Source of the DNA: Pavona decussata
Taxonomy: Eukaryota
Direction: 5' to 3'
DNA: 64,000 bases
NCBI GenBank assembly: GCA_977016875.1
Contig: CDRNST010000086.1
Coordinates: forward strand, 1,674,001-1,738,000
Shown: positions 14,101 through 25,700 of the stretch, one piece after another
How the letters are laid out: each line of letters opens with the position of its first letter
Position numbering within the stretch: position 1 is the stretch's first letter
The notes under the pieces: model-generated
Seen by the model: only the letters and a program-made list of their open reading frames with translations
The model's database searches: none
What the model was told of the DNA's origin: nothing
Translations under genes and position numbers: made by a program

Positions 14101-14815
14101 ATAATGAGTAGCGGTTTTCAACAAAATCGCGGCCGCTTCTTCGCGTTTTCGAAGTGTTTGCGATGAGGAAATAGATAATTTACTTGTTTAGTTTTGACCG
14201 ACTAGTAGATTTATACTAAATAATTAGATTATTCGCTCTCGATTTCTATGCGTGATAGCTGATTCGGGCTGCGCCCTCATCAGCTATCACGCGATAGAAA
14301 TCTCGAGCTCATAATCTAATTGTTAATTATCTTTGGCTGCGTATATGATGGCTCGGATGGGAATGGATAGCAAACCAGAAAAAATTGGCCTTTTTTTTTC
14401 CAAGTTCTTCCTGTGTATTTTAGAGAAATCGTTAAAAACTGATTATAGTTTGCTCTTCCTCGGAGAAATCAGTTCATAATTTCCTGCTAGTGCTCTAACA
14501 GAAATTTTGTGTTAGAGAAAAGGTTCTTTGTCAAGCATGTGAATAGTTTTGACCACAATACAGAGACATCTATGGACTTTTAAGTGCCATCTGAAAACGC
14601 ACCTCTTTAAGGAAGCTTTTATTGATTGAACGTTTAATTTTTATCACCATGATCACTAGTACCAACATGCATTGTATATGTCGATTTTTATTGCGGTGTA
14701 TTATTTTTTAATAATTATTATTTAGATACTCTGTATTTGATTATTACAGATAGAAATCATGTAATGCGCACTTGATCATTTCATGGAAAGTGCGCAATAT
14801 AAGAATTAAAATTAC

Positions 14816-14854
<39 letters not shown>

Positions 14855-15028
14855 ATCAGTGGAAATTGTTCTTTTATCTTCTGAACCAAACCCATATGAA
14901 TTAGCTTTTATATATGAGATGTTGATATTTTACAATTTTATGACAGCAAACTGTAAAATCACTCAGGTATAAATAGGATTCAAACTGTAAATAATAAAGT
15001 TTTTTCATTATTAAAAAATTTTAAAAAA

Positions 15029-15064
<36 letters not shown>

Positions 15065-15108
15065 GAATAGCAATTTGCTTGAAATATGTTAATAAAGAGT
15101 TCTCATTA

Positions 15109-15161
<53 letters not shown>

Positions 15162-17638
15162 TATTATTATTATTAAATCACCGTGACAGTGCCCCTTCAA
15201 GTAGTTGCGAAAAGAAATCCATGAAAAAAAAAAGTCAGCCTTGAAAGTGAATCGAACCCACTACTTCTGCGATCTTGGTGCAGGGCTCGAGTTGCGAGCA
15301 TAACTGCGATGGTCTTCCTTGTATTTAGACGTTTCATCCGCAGTTCAAATACATTATATTTCCTGTAACTTTATAGCATAAAATGTGTGAAGAATCACAG
15401 ATAAATGTTTCTGACGCTAAACCAACCTACTCAGGCCAAAACACAGTTTAATGTCCCTGACTAGCTAACGTAGCTGGTGGCAAATGTTTAGTGCGCGCAA
15501 AGATAGCGCCATTAGGGAGCTTAAGCAACGACGACGGCGACGGCAACGACAACGCCACAAAACAATAGGTTTAATGAGCAAAAACAATCGCTCTGCACGT
15601 GCGTTTTACATTTTGGTACATTTCTTTACCGTCCTCTGCAAATCAACAACGTGAAATGACCAAATTTTAGGTTTTCTCGAGAACGGGAGCGTATGACGCA
15701 AAATCTTCTTTATTTTTCCTTACTTTGACGTCGTTCATACTAATTTAGTTCCTGGAGAGTTCGCCAGCATTTTTCAAGTTAAACAAATTTAAATGATTGC
15801 GAAAGAGTCACAAAAACGAGAAGTAATATTTTTAAATGACGTTCTCATTACCGTTGCCGTCCTCGTTTCTTTAACTCCCTAATAACGTGGAATGACCACA
15901 TTTAAGGTTTTGTGGAGAAAGTGAACGCACGACGGTGAATGTTTCATTTTTTTTTTCTTAGCTTGTACGCCACTCCTACCAATTTGGTTCCTGGATAGTT
16001 CGCCATTTTTGTAAAAGTTGAGCGAGTTGAAATAATCGCGAAGTAGCACAAATGAAATGAAGATTTATTTTCGGGTGATGTTTTCGTTGCCGTTGCCGTC
16101 GTCGTTGCTTAAGCTCCCTATTCTCGACGCTGCTCCGCCGCCAAAACTTTGTCACCCGTGAACAATGCCGCCAGCTGGCCAGCTTAGTTCTTGACCCATC
16201 TTTGTGTATTTTGTATGATTGTACCTAATAGTTGAAAACTGCTTGTCAGGTTTTACAGGAATATAGCAAGCCAAACCAAAGCGTTACCCCTAACAACAGC
16301 GTAGGAGACATTCTGGAAAGCGTTTTGCAGACAGTTGATGACACAAACTATGACAACCATAACGTGAGGAGTAGAAATGGTGAGATAGCTTGAAGTTTAT
16401 GGTGGTGCACGTGACACAATGCAGTTCAATATTTATATGTGCAGACATCCCGGGTGATTTCCATTTTATCAGATTGACAGGGCAGATTGACTATTTTGAC
16501 TATAAACTGTTGTAAAATGGAACATTTTCCAATCAAACCGGGCCAACCGAGAAGAATGGCTCTTTCCATTTTTGATTCCTTTCCCCAATCACCCACGTGA
16601 AGTGAAAATCTATTGAAGAGAAAGAGGGCATCGAACCGGTTTGTCAAAATGGAACGGCAAATTTCGAACCGACTGGTCAAATGGATCTACTTCAAAGGTG
16701 TTCCTTTTGTTTTTCTGGAAATTCAGTTCCGGTCGGATCGAACCGTTCCATTTGATTTGTAACCGGAATTTCCAGAATTTTTGGCATAATGGAAAGCATC
16801 CCCCGTCTCTTATCGCTCAATGCGCTGATTTAGGAAAAGCACGGGAACGTCATTTGAGGACGCGAGAGCGCGCGGAATAGTGTAGACGCGAGGCTATTTC
16901 GACTATCTTATGGGTATTCTTAATGCGCGCGCCGTTGTCAACTGACGCTCCCGTTCTGTTACTAAATCAGCCTAAATAACTCTCAGTGATAACTTGTAGC
17001 GCTCTGACCATTAGCCTGCCTTTTCCGCCTTTGGCGAAACAAAAGCCGGAAAGAGAGTCGCGAGAACTCCGACTGGACTCCACTAAAACGGACTTCTAAG
17101 GAAGTCTACGATTCGTGAAAATTTTGTATGGATCATTCTACATGTATTACCAGTTTGGGTTTCAAAACAAAAATAGGGACGCTTGGTTTTTCGTAGCTGA
17201 AGCGACAACACCTCTAAATTCTGAGTTACTTCAAATATTCTGAAAGCATCAAACTGTTTGTGTAACTTTGAACAAATTTGCTTTAGATAGACCGAAAATT
17301 ATGCTAGGAAACAGCAAATTGAACTTTTTAAACTTGCCTTTTCCTTAAATCTCCTCACCCCCAAAACCAGTGGCTTTTTCTTTGCAGTAATAGGATGCAC
17401 CTTGAGAGTAAGCCTTCCTTGTTCCCCTAAAAGAGCTTGTTTGCGGCTACTTGAATTTTCAGTACAATGTTAATTAATTTGAGAGAGCCTCATATTTATT
17501 GTTATGTTTTTTTTTACCATTGCAGAAGAGTTTCAAGAATTTCTTTCCAGTCATCAAGAACTGACTACATTACTCTCAAGTCTGCTGCCAGGCGAAACGT
17601 TTGTTGAAAATCATGTGAGAGAGTCAATACTCATATGA
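2143..17638 (+). CDS. Lysophosphatidylcholine acyltransferase LPCAT1/2-like, paralogue A (15 exons, ~510 aa; EF-hands degenerate)
   Basis: GT-AG exons in continuous frame: 2143-2265, 3675-3817, 4877-5097, 5915-6049, 6513-6554, 7138-7196, 7685-7719, 7824-7878, 9573-9602, 10581-10633, 12019-12144, 13424-13574, 13870-13968, 16232-16379 (acceptor less certain), 17526-17638 (TGA). Motifs: PHSSFLD (HxxxxD), [37 protein letters not shown], EF-like DSDKDGQISLQDF. Confidence 0.9.
8150..8433. mobile_element. MITE with CAATCTCGTACCCAGAGTCCTC TIRs, doubled left end and 9-bp TSD
   Basis: TIR copies at 8150 and 8213; inverted copy ends at 8433. AAGATCAGG flanks both sides (8141-8149, 8434-8442). Confidence 0.85.
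9655..9843. mobile_element. Hairpin MITE
   Basis: AATAGGACATTTTCACTATGGCGTCATTTGACTACAACTACCAGAAT ... ATTCTGGTAGTTGTAGTCAAATGACGCCATCATGAAAATGGCCTATT (~47-bp inverted repeat). Confidence 0.8.
10026..10361. repeat. Diverged local tandem duplication (~150-180 bp units)
   Basis: CAGTACTG...GGTAACTTT...CCTGTCAGAGTTCTT.CATTTCATA...TTATTGAAAAGGAAGCCA...CAAAGTTT.TAAAACT occurs twice. Confidence 0.75.
10947..11110 (-). mobile_element. Penelope-like solo terminal-repeat fragment containing a hammerhead motif (family 1)
   Basis: Shares GGGTTAGTT..AGAAA.TG.GGTGCTG, CAGAGTTGATA, TTGGCCACC.TAAAGAG and GCTGACGTTTCGAGCGTTAGC with copies at 33443-33660 and (opposite strand) 20690-20878. Confidence 0.7.
11067..11105 (-). 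ncRNA. Minimal type I hammerhead ribozyme motif
   Basis: Minus strand: GCU-(CUGAC duplication)-CUGACGA-A-GGGC-UAAC-GCUC-GAAA-CGU-C-AGC. Core intact, palindromic stem III ACGU. Confidence 0.7.
12233..12460. mobile_element. MITE fragment, TAGAGAGATTTAGAATCGCGTTTACGGCAAAC family
   Basis: Homologous along its length to the more complete copy at 31505-31748. Confidence 0.65.
14022..14326. mobile_element. Double-hairpin interspersed repeat (uninterrupted copy of the element split at 50712-52775)
   Basis: Two adjacent inverted-repeat units: TTAGTGTAAATCTACTAGT...ACTAGTAGATTTATACTAA and AATTAGATTAT..GATTTCTATGCGTGATAGCTGA...TCAGCTATCACGCGATAGAAATC..ATAATCTAATT. Near-identical to 50712-50910 plus 52665-52775. 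Confidence 0.85.
14560..14852 (+). mobile_element. 5'-truncated LINE (L2/CR1-type) 3' end with (ATT)n tail
   Basis: Reads TFKCHLKTHLFKEAFID*, a typical ORF2 C-terminus, followed by a TGCGCACTT...AAGTGCGCA stem-loop and an ATT microsatellite tail. Confidence 0.7.
15030..15175. repeat. (ATT)n microsatellites
   Basis: Runs at ~15030-15063 and ~15105-15175. Confidence 0.95.
15514..16119. mobile_element. AGGGAGCTTAAGCAACGACGACGGC-family MITE (Harbinger-like, 3-bp TSD) nested in an older MITE (~15462-16187)
   Basis: Long TIRs; ATT on both sides (15511-15513, 16120-16122); an internal second right end at ~15850-15880. Related copies at ~13640-13680, 24553-24925, 26795-27585 and 32203-32540. Confidence 0.8.
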
Positions 17639-18997
17639 GAGGAACTAGGAAAAAAGATGTTTTAATAATTGTACGATTTTTGTTGCTCGCCATTTTTACC
17701 AGCGTTTTTGGGACTGGTTGGTTTTTTTGAAAATTTTGAGAAAAAAATGGAAAGGGATGACAAAAGAAATGAATTGAAGACGAATTGAATTATTGGCTGG
17801 CTAAAACAGCAGCGAAGAGAACTTTTTCATTAGCTATAAATAGCAGGTTGTTTTGTTTCGTTGGATTTTTACTACCGTAAGTAAGTAACTAGAAATTACA
17901 TCAAAAACAGAATGTTGGTAATTTACTTACTTAATTACATTATTACATTATTTAATTAATTATTTAATCAAATTTGTTATTATTTAATGAAGTATATTGT
18001 AAGATTTAAAAAATTTAGGTAGGAAATTGACAGACGGAGATTAATTGTTATAATTAAACAGCAATTTTGAATTGTAATTGAGCATCAAATGTTTAATAGT
18101 TATATATCGACTGAAAATCTGACAGGAATTGAGAATTTGTAGCGGATTGATAACTACTACTACGATCTACTGATAGTAAAAGAATTATAGCCATTGTAGA
18201 ATAGTAGTATGAATGTCAATCTTGTGAAGGTCACCAAACTAATGAAGGTATTTCAAATTGTGCATAATATTTAAATTCAGCTTTTGTTGATGTAAACGAG
18301 AAGGTGTATTACTGGACAAGATTTTGTACGCCAGAGCGTTTTTCACAAAGGATATTTGTTATTTAAAAGAAATTTAAGAACCACGGTACTGAGTTTGTGT
18401 ACAGCCGACTGCGCAATCACTTACAGTGGTAGTATATTAATTTTTAGTGAAGTGGAAAAGAAGATTATTGGTTTGACGTGAAAAGATTTATTAAAGATAT
18501 TTGATAGGCTTTAGGTGCGTTTTCATTTTTGTGCTTGTCCTTGTTTTCATCGCTGGCCAGTTTTCGTAACCTCTCCGGCATCTGTCCTTACACCACAAGC
18601 CCAAGAGTCCATACAAACATTGGCGGTCTTCATGTACGTGCGCCGGTTTTAACTGGTGATTTTGCCTACGTCGCTCACGAATCAAGACTGGAAATGCTGT
18701 ATATGAAGTATTTGAAGCCAGGAAGTCGCATACGTCCTTGGGAGGGGGGGGGGGGGTATTTTTTTGTCGTGGTTCCTTTTCATGGAACATAAAAGCGAGG
18801 CAAAGGAAGACCGCATTTTTGGGGTGAAGAGGGTGGGGGGCTTTAAATCATCGAGGGGAGACGCCAATGGAGGAAAGCTTGAATGTGATTTTAATGGTCT
18901 TGCTTGCTTTCTCATGGACTAATGTAGCTCTGTTGCTAAACCGCTGTTTGGTTTACCCCCGCCATTGGGGACGGGGGAGAGGTGGTACCCAGCCCTG

Positions 18998-18999
18998 TT

Positions 19000-19062
<63 letters not shown>

Positions 19063-19065
19063 TTT
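18998..19065. repeat. (TTTA)n microsatellite, probably the tail of a minus-strand retroelement fragment (~19066-19220)
   Basis: About 17 TTTA units; the retroelement link is inferred. Confidence 0.85.
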
Positions 19066-19763
19066 CACTTAGCCAAGTGATAATTGAGATAAAAGAGACA
19101 AAAGTAAACATTATACTAGAGAATATACAAGAGAAAAAAATAAATACAAACATAACAGATGTATTTGGGTGGTAGGCTACCAGAAACCACAGGGCTTTTA
19201 CACGGGGCCTCCCAGGGACCTTGATAGGTGATAATTAATTGTATTGATTGATAAAAAAAAAAAGTAAGCATTGGGTGGGGTATTCTAGACTAGACTCCAA
19301 AAATCCCTACCCTATCCCAGACTAATTGACCATTTTCAGACTAAATTGCTTTTTCTCAATGATACCCATGCAATTCTAGTTGTCTATATCCTATCCCACA
19401 CTGAACTGCATATATATCACTCGGTTAGCTATATGGGTAATCCGGGCCCTTTGCCTAGTTACTTCAATTTATATATTATTATATTATTCTTACTTTAATT
19501 TGAAAACTTCCGCGCCGTCAATCAGCGATAAATCGAATAAAACCCCACGGAAACGCTGTTTCATCTCCTGTATTGGTCCCGTTTTTGGATTCCATTTATG
19601 GTAATGATGACCATATTTGGGTAGCACAACACCGTATTTTCAAAACTATTTTGCGAAAATTTCTAAAAGTGCTGTAGATTGTTTTTCAGTTTCCTAAGGC
19701 TTCCAGTGATATGCCTAATAGCTAAGCACTTCAAATCGAAGTGGTTGAAAAGTTCAGCTCAAA

Positions 19764-22700
19764 ATGTCGGAATTGCCTAAGAGAAAAGTCATTTTGCGAG
19801 CCAAATCATTCATTGAACCTGAGGTTCAAAACCCGTTCACATACACTTTGCAGCTCACAGTTTTGGATAAACTAAAGGTGAGTTGAAATACTTTTAAAGG
19901 TTTTCCCTAGTTTAATTATTTTAGAGACGTAGAAAAAAATTCCTGTATAATTTATAAACGTCAAAAAATTCGTTAGAGTAAGAAACTATATAAATACCTC
20001 GAGGAAAGAGCAACAGTACATCCTACGTACACAGCTGGAAGAAAGTAAACAAACTAACCGATCAAGATCTCTTCTATACATGGTCGGTCGGCCTTCTTTG
20101 TAGTAAGCCTCAAAATATACGTTTTTGTAATTGTAGGGTGTAAATTTGGTTTCATTCTGAGAAAATGACGTTTCAATTGTCCTGCAATTGTGTAAATTGC
20201 GAAAAATTCTGATCTTTTCTAAATTTACTAATAATATGTTCAATGCCTTTTACGACCCATTTATAATTAGCTTACTGCAATGTCAAGTTTTGAGTTTTTA
20301 CTAAGCCCCTATACAGATGTTCTTTGGATTCATCACACACAATTCCATAGGGGATGAGTGCATGATGAGTTCAGAGCAAGAGCAGCTATGTAGGAGCCTC
20401 CTTAGAGGGAATTTAGAGTATGTTGGCCTTATCAGGTTTATATTAGCATCTCAGAATTTCAGTGAGGAACGCAGGTGTTCAAATCTGCCCTCTCGATGTA
20501 GATCATGCTGTTCCCTTTGAGGCCCAGTCTGCAGAGTGTGTTGATGAGATCGTGCACACACGCAGATCAGTCATTTTCTGAAAGAAATAAAATAGGCATT
20601 TTCTGAAAACTTGTGTGTGCATTTGCCATGTTCTGCAGACTGGCCTAAGGCTGATTTGCATGTTACGCAAACACAAGTACAAGCTGAGGATTCACTCTTG
20701 CAAAGGGCTAAGGCTCGAAACATCAGCAGTTGAAGGTCTTTATTGTGGCCACCGTAAAGACATTCAAGTGATGATGATGTATTTACTTTTAGTCATCAAC
20801 TCTGTTGATAAACCAACTCATTCATTTCTACTCCCGACCGACACAGCACTGCAGTCTCTTTAGAAATTAACCCCCTTATCCACAGCACAAGAGACCCAAG
20901 TGTAACTCGTTCAATCTTGAAAGCACAAATGCAAGGTCAAGAATGTACAGGAGAATTGTCTTTAAGGCTGGTTTTCACTAGGACATAAGCAGAAGCTCCA
21001 ATTCCCTTAAGCAAGTGAGAACACTTGCGGTATAAGCATAAGCATAAGCACAAGTTCTTTCCAGTTTATGCTTATGCTTATGTCATGTTATGTCGCTGTT
21101 TTTACCAGTGATAACAGGGACAACATAAGCACAAGCACAAGGCGGCATATAATTCATGGTAAGCAGGGCAGTCAACCGTTTTGTCCGCCATCTTGCTTAA
21201 CATTGAGGGGGGCTGGTATCGAGAATTCCGTCAAGAAATGGTTTTCTGCGCGTGCGTCTGTTCTTATGCATATGTAGCTAGAGTTCTCACTTGCTTATCC
21301 TTACACTTATGCTTATGTCCTAGTGAACACCTTGTCTTCAATGAGCTTGCAGAGCTCAAGCTAGTGTCATTGTTAATTGTATCATTTTACTCACCTTGTT
21401 TTGTATTCCCCCTCCTCCTCTTATCTGGAAATTCCGATTCACCTGACCAAAAAAGAAAAATATATGCTGGAGCCTCTGAAATATAACAATGATGAGATAA
21501 GAGAGGAGACAGGTTCACGGGACCGGTATATGTCAGAAGTGTTCTTGGTGTGCAACAGAGTTAATGATCTTTTTTTTACTTTGCCTACACTTTCATTTCA
21601 GGTTGCAGTTCTTACTTTCACCCTGTTTCCCATAAGGCTTCTGTGTCTGATCCTGCTTGTTTTGCTGGCCAGTTTAATAGCAGCACTAACAACTGCATGC
21701 ATGAAAAAGGAGGAAGAGCCTGAACCCTTGAGGGGGTACAGAAGGTACTATTTTTACTACAGGTTCAGATCATTGACGATAATAATAATGGGGTGGAATA
21801 AAGTATTGTTGTTGTCGTTGTTGTTGTTAAAGCAATGTCCTTCACATCCTCAGAGACCCAGGGGCAGTTAGTCGGGTAGCAGGGATTTTTGTGGGCAAAA
21901 GTTTATTGCAAGAATGGGACAAGCCCCTGGGCAATTACTCTTTCAAATATTTTTCTGGCCAATCAAAATTGGGGAATTCAAATGCTTTTGGATCTGGTTC
22001 AGTAAGAGTAATTGCCCAGGGGCTTGTCCCATTCTTACAGTAAACTTTCACCCGCAAAAATCCCTGCTACCCGACTAACTGCCCCTGGGTCTCCGAGGAT
22101 GCATCCTTCATGATCTGTGCAAGGTACTACAGTATCATTCAAGATCATGGTAGTGCATGATCATTCAATATCTTTAGGATCGTTGTGCAGGAACCATAAT
22201 GATCTTTGCAAGTATTTCAAGGATCATTTGCAAGACAGATACTGCAAATTCTAATCTTTAAAAATTGTGAGTTCTGGGAAATATCCATACCCCTCCACCC
22301 CCTTCCCAGAAGAGATTACAAATTCCAGGAGGTGAGGGAGTCTCAAAGACCAAATACTTTAAAGGAATGTGTGAAGCTTAATTTAAATTTCCAGAGGAAA
22401 GGGGGTGAGGGAGCTTAGAAAATAAAATGATCCTTTTCCTCTTTTTGATTACATGAATTTGAAACATTGATTCTAGCTAGCTGGGGACGCTGTTTACAAG
22501 TACATCCTAGATTTAAGAGTACATGAACTAGGTTCTTAAATATATAAGCAGCTTGACTTCAGTAAATTTCCCTGGTTGGGGAGCAGGGATGGCGCAGTGG
22601 TGAGAGCACTCCCCTCCCACCAATGTGGCCCAGGTTGGATTCCCTGACTCGACGTCATATGTGGGTTGAGAATGTTCTTGGTTCTCGTCTTTGCTCCAAG

Positions 22701-25700
22701 AGGTTTTTTCCGGAGTACTCCAGTTTTCCCCTCTCCTCAAAGAACCGACACTTCTAAATTCCAATTTGATCTGGAAAGTGTCTCCAATAAGTGCTCTGTG
22801 CTAAATACATTGACACTTACATAAAGTGATTTTATTTTTTTCTCTTTAGGATTATGAGAAAACCATTACGTGGCATTGGACGAGCCATGCTATTCTGCAT
22901 GGGTTTTCATTGGATCAAAGTTAAAGGCAAACTTTGTAGCTCGGAAGAGGCTCCAATTCTTGCTGTAGCTCCACATTCATCTTTCGTTGATGCTCTGGCG
23001 TTAGCTGTCATTTGCCTGACCTCTGGTGTTTCTCGCAAGGAAAATGATTCAATACCACTTATAGGAGGTTTGTTGACATTTGCTCTCTCAGTGCATTTTT
23101 AGTTACCAAAAGCTCTTTATGATGAACCTATGGTTACAGAAAATTTAATATGCTTCAAAAACTCATTAATAATTCATTGACCTATCAAATGGTTGATAAA
23201 ACATCACATGCAGTGGTTTTATATCTGATAAAACCTCCTCCTTATTAGTAATTGCAGTGTTTAATGTTTTTCTCGTATGCTAATTTCCAACGTTCACAAA
23301 GGCGTCATTGTTATGAACTCTGTAGACACGCTTTTCCAGGAATGTTTTTGAAGCCATTCAAAAAACTCGCAGCATTTGTTTTATCGGGTCTTAAACCACT
23401 AAATCCCGATAAAACACTGCTGCTCGTGTTTTAAACATTACATAAGGTCAGGTGTGAGAATCATTTGTACTGAATATTTTTAATCCTGTCAACCAGGTAA
23501 AACAGAAAACAGTAAATTTGCTGTTATATGTAGGGATGGAATTAACCCATCAAGCTGCAGGTATAAAGTGTTATGTTTCCTATTGCCCATCTGACAGTAC
23601 ATTACTGCCAGTAAATACTTTAAACTGGTGACATTTCAAATAAAAAGACCCACTAACTACGTATTATTTTATAACTCAAATATACATAAATTACAACTTG
23701 TAAAGTTATATTTTAAAAAGTACTAACTGGAAATAAAAATGGCCACTGAAGGCAAAAATTTTATTTTATTTTTTCAAATATTAATCATTATAATTCTCTA
23801 TTATCTACAGCTTGTATTCGTGCCACTCAGCCTGTCTATGTGTCAAGAACAGATCCAAATTCACGAAAAAAGACAATTTCAGAAATAAAAAGACGAGCAA
23901 ATTCTGGTGGAAAGTGGCCCCACATAGCGATATTTCCAGAAGGTTAGTTGAAATTTATTCACATCATCCCTGGTGAATACTTATACATGATTTCTGCTAC
24001 TTCTCTCATTCTGAACATTTACGTTTTCTTTGCAGGAACTTGTACAAATAGAAAATGCCTGATCACATTCAAACCAGGTTGGTTAAGTGCTTTCTATACA
24101 ACTGTTAGACTGTCGTTGATATTCCCATTTTAGTGGCATTATTTGTAAAAATGATATTGTATCATGATGTAAATAGCCTTTAAATTTTAATTTATTTGTT
24201 TGTTTATTTGTTTTATTTTTATTTGTTAGTTATTCTAAACTTGACTTATCTGCTACTTAAGCTAGGAGCCTGTAATAAGCTCCAGGTCCTCGAGTATAAA
24301 TGAAGTTATGTAGTTATGTTATGATACTGGTAAATAAATTATCTTTAGGTAATAAAAGTACTTTTTCCATACTAAAGTCTTATAGTATAACAGGAGAGGC
24401 AAGCATGCTGTTTCAGGATTTCCACTATGCACAAATTAGATTTTAAATAGTTCTAAGTGGGAATGTGGTGGTTTAGTGGTTTAAAAGAGCATTCATGGTT
24501 ATCAGATCTGGAGATCAGTGCTCGAGACCTGAGGTTCTACCTTCATGATATTAGGGAACTTTAAAGCAACAACAACAATGACAGAAATGGAAATGTGACA
24601 TGAACATACATTTTAATGTTATTTGTGCTACTTTGCAATAATTATTTCAACTCATTCAACTTGTACATATTAAAGGCAAACTTTCCAAGAACCAAATTCC
24701 TAGGTATGGTTAATTGAATTAAGAAAGAGAATGAAAAATTCACCATTGACTGTTCACGTTCTCCACAACACCTTGAATTTGGTCACCTCACTTTTTGTTT
24801 TGCATATATGGGATAGCAGAGAAATGTGCGAAAATATAAAACGCACGTGCAGAATGGTTGCTTTTCCTCATTAAACCTATTGTTTTGCAACATTGTTGCT
24901 GGCGTTATCGTTGCTTAAGTTTCCTACATGTATTTCTTTAGACAAGAAACTTTGCTTTTTTGAGGGTACAAGTGACACACTGAGAGTGCATGGGAATGGG
25001 AGGAGTGGTATTTCTCCTGTGGCTTTGGTGGACTTTACCCTTTTTTACGCTTAAATATAATGTAGTCAAATTCATTTGTCACTAGATTTTAAAAATAATA
25101 TTAATAACATTGTCCTTGATCTGAGTCTCTTTACATGTTGGTCTTTTTGATAGGTGCTTTTTATACTGGATGTGCAGTGCAACCAGTGGCATTGAAATAC
25201 CCTAACAGATTGGTAAGTGATAAACCGGATTGTTACATTGTTACACCCACTCATCGCAGCAGTTGAGTTAATCTTATGATATAGTATCTGATAATAGTTT
25301 TGTTTACCTCCATCGAATGAATTCAAAATAAGTTTATGCATTAATTTCATTTTTATTGTGATTGTAGGACACTGTGACATGGACTTGGTCTGGACCAAGT
25401 GCGTAAGTTACCATTGCTCTTGTTAAAACAACTAGTGAGCTCCAAGATTGTCGAATTATGTCATTTTTCCAACCTTGTCTCAATGCCCACTGACTGGTAA
25501 ACGGAAGCTGAGAAATGCTTGTCTTGAAAACCTGGGAGAGCACCTACTAGGCACGGCAATGATTCCCTCAGTTGTGTTTGCCTTCTAAATTAATGAATAA
25601 TCAACCTAACTAACCTTAACTTCAGTGTAACTTTTTTAGTAACATTCAGCATGCCATTAGTTCTTAGGGTCTAAAGCCTGCTTTTTACTACTCCCAGGAG

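Noticed and set aside
18513-18740. Coding-looking stretch between the LPCAT genes after a TTTAG acceptor-like site
   Set aside because: No recognisable homology, no donor or partner exons, and stops in two frames; cannot support an exon or pseudogene.
22578-22660. Possible tRNA genes (also 28580-28650 and ~15240-15290)
   Set aside because: A/B boxes run into SINE or repeat bodies; no complete cloverleaf.
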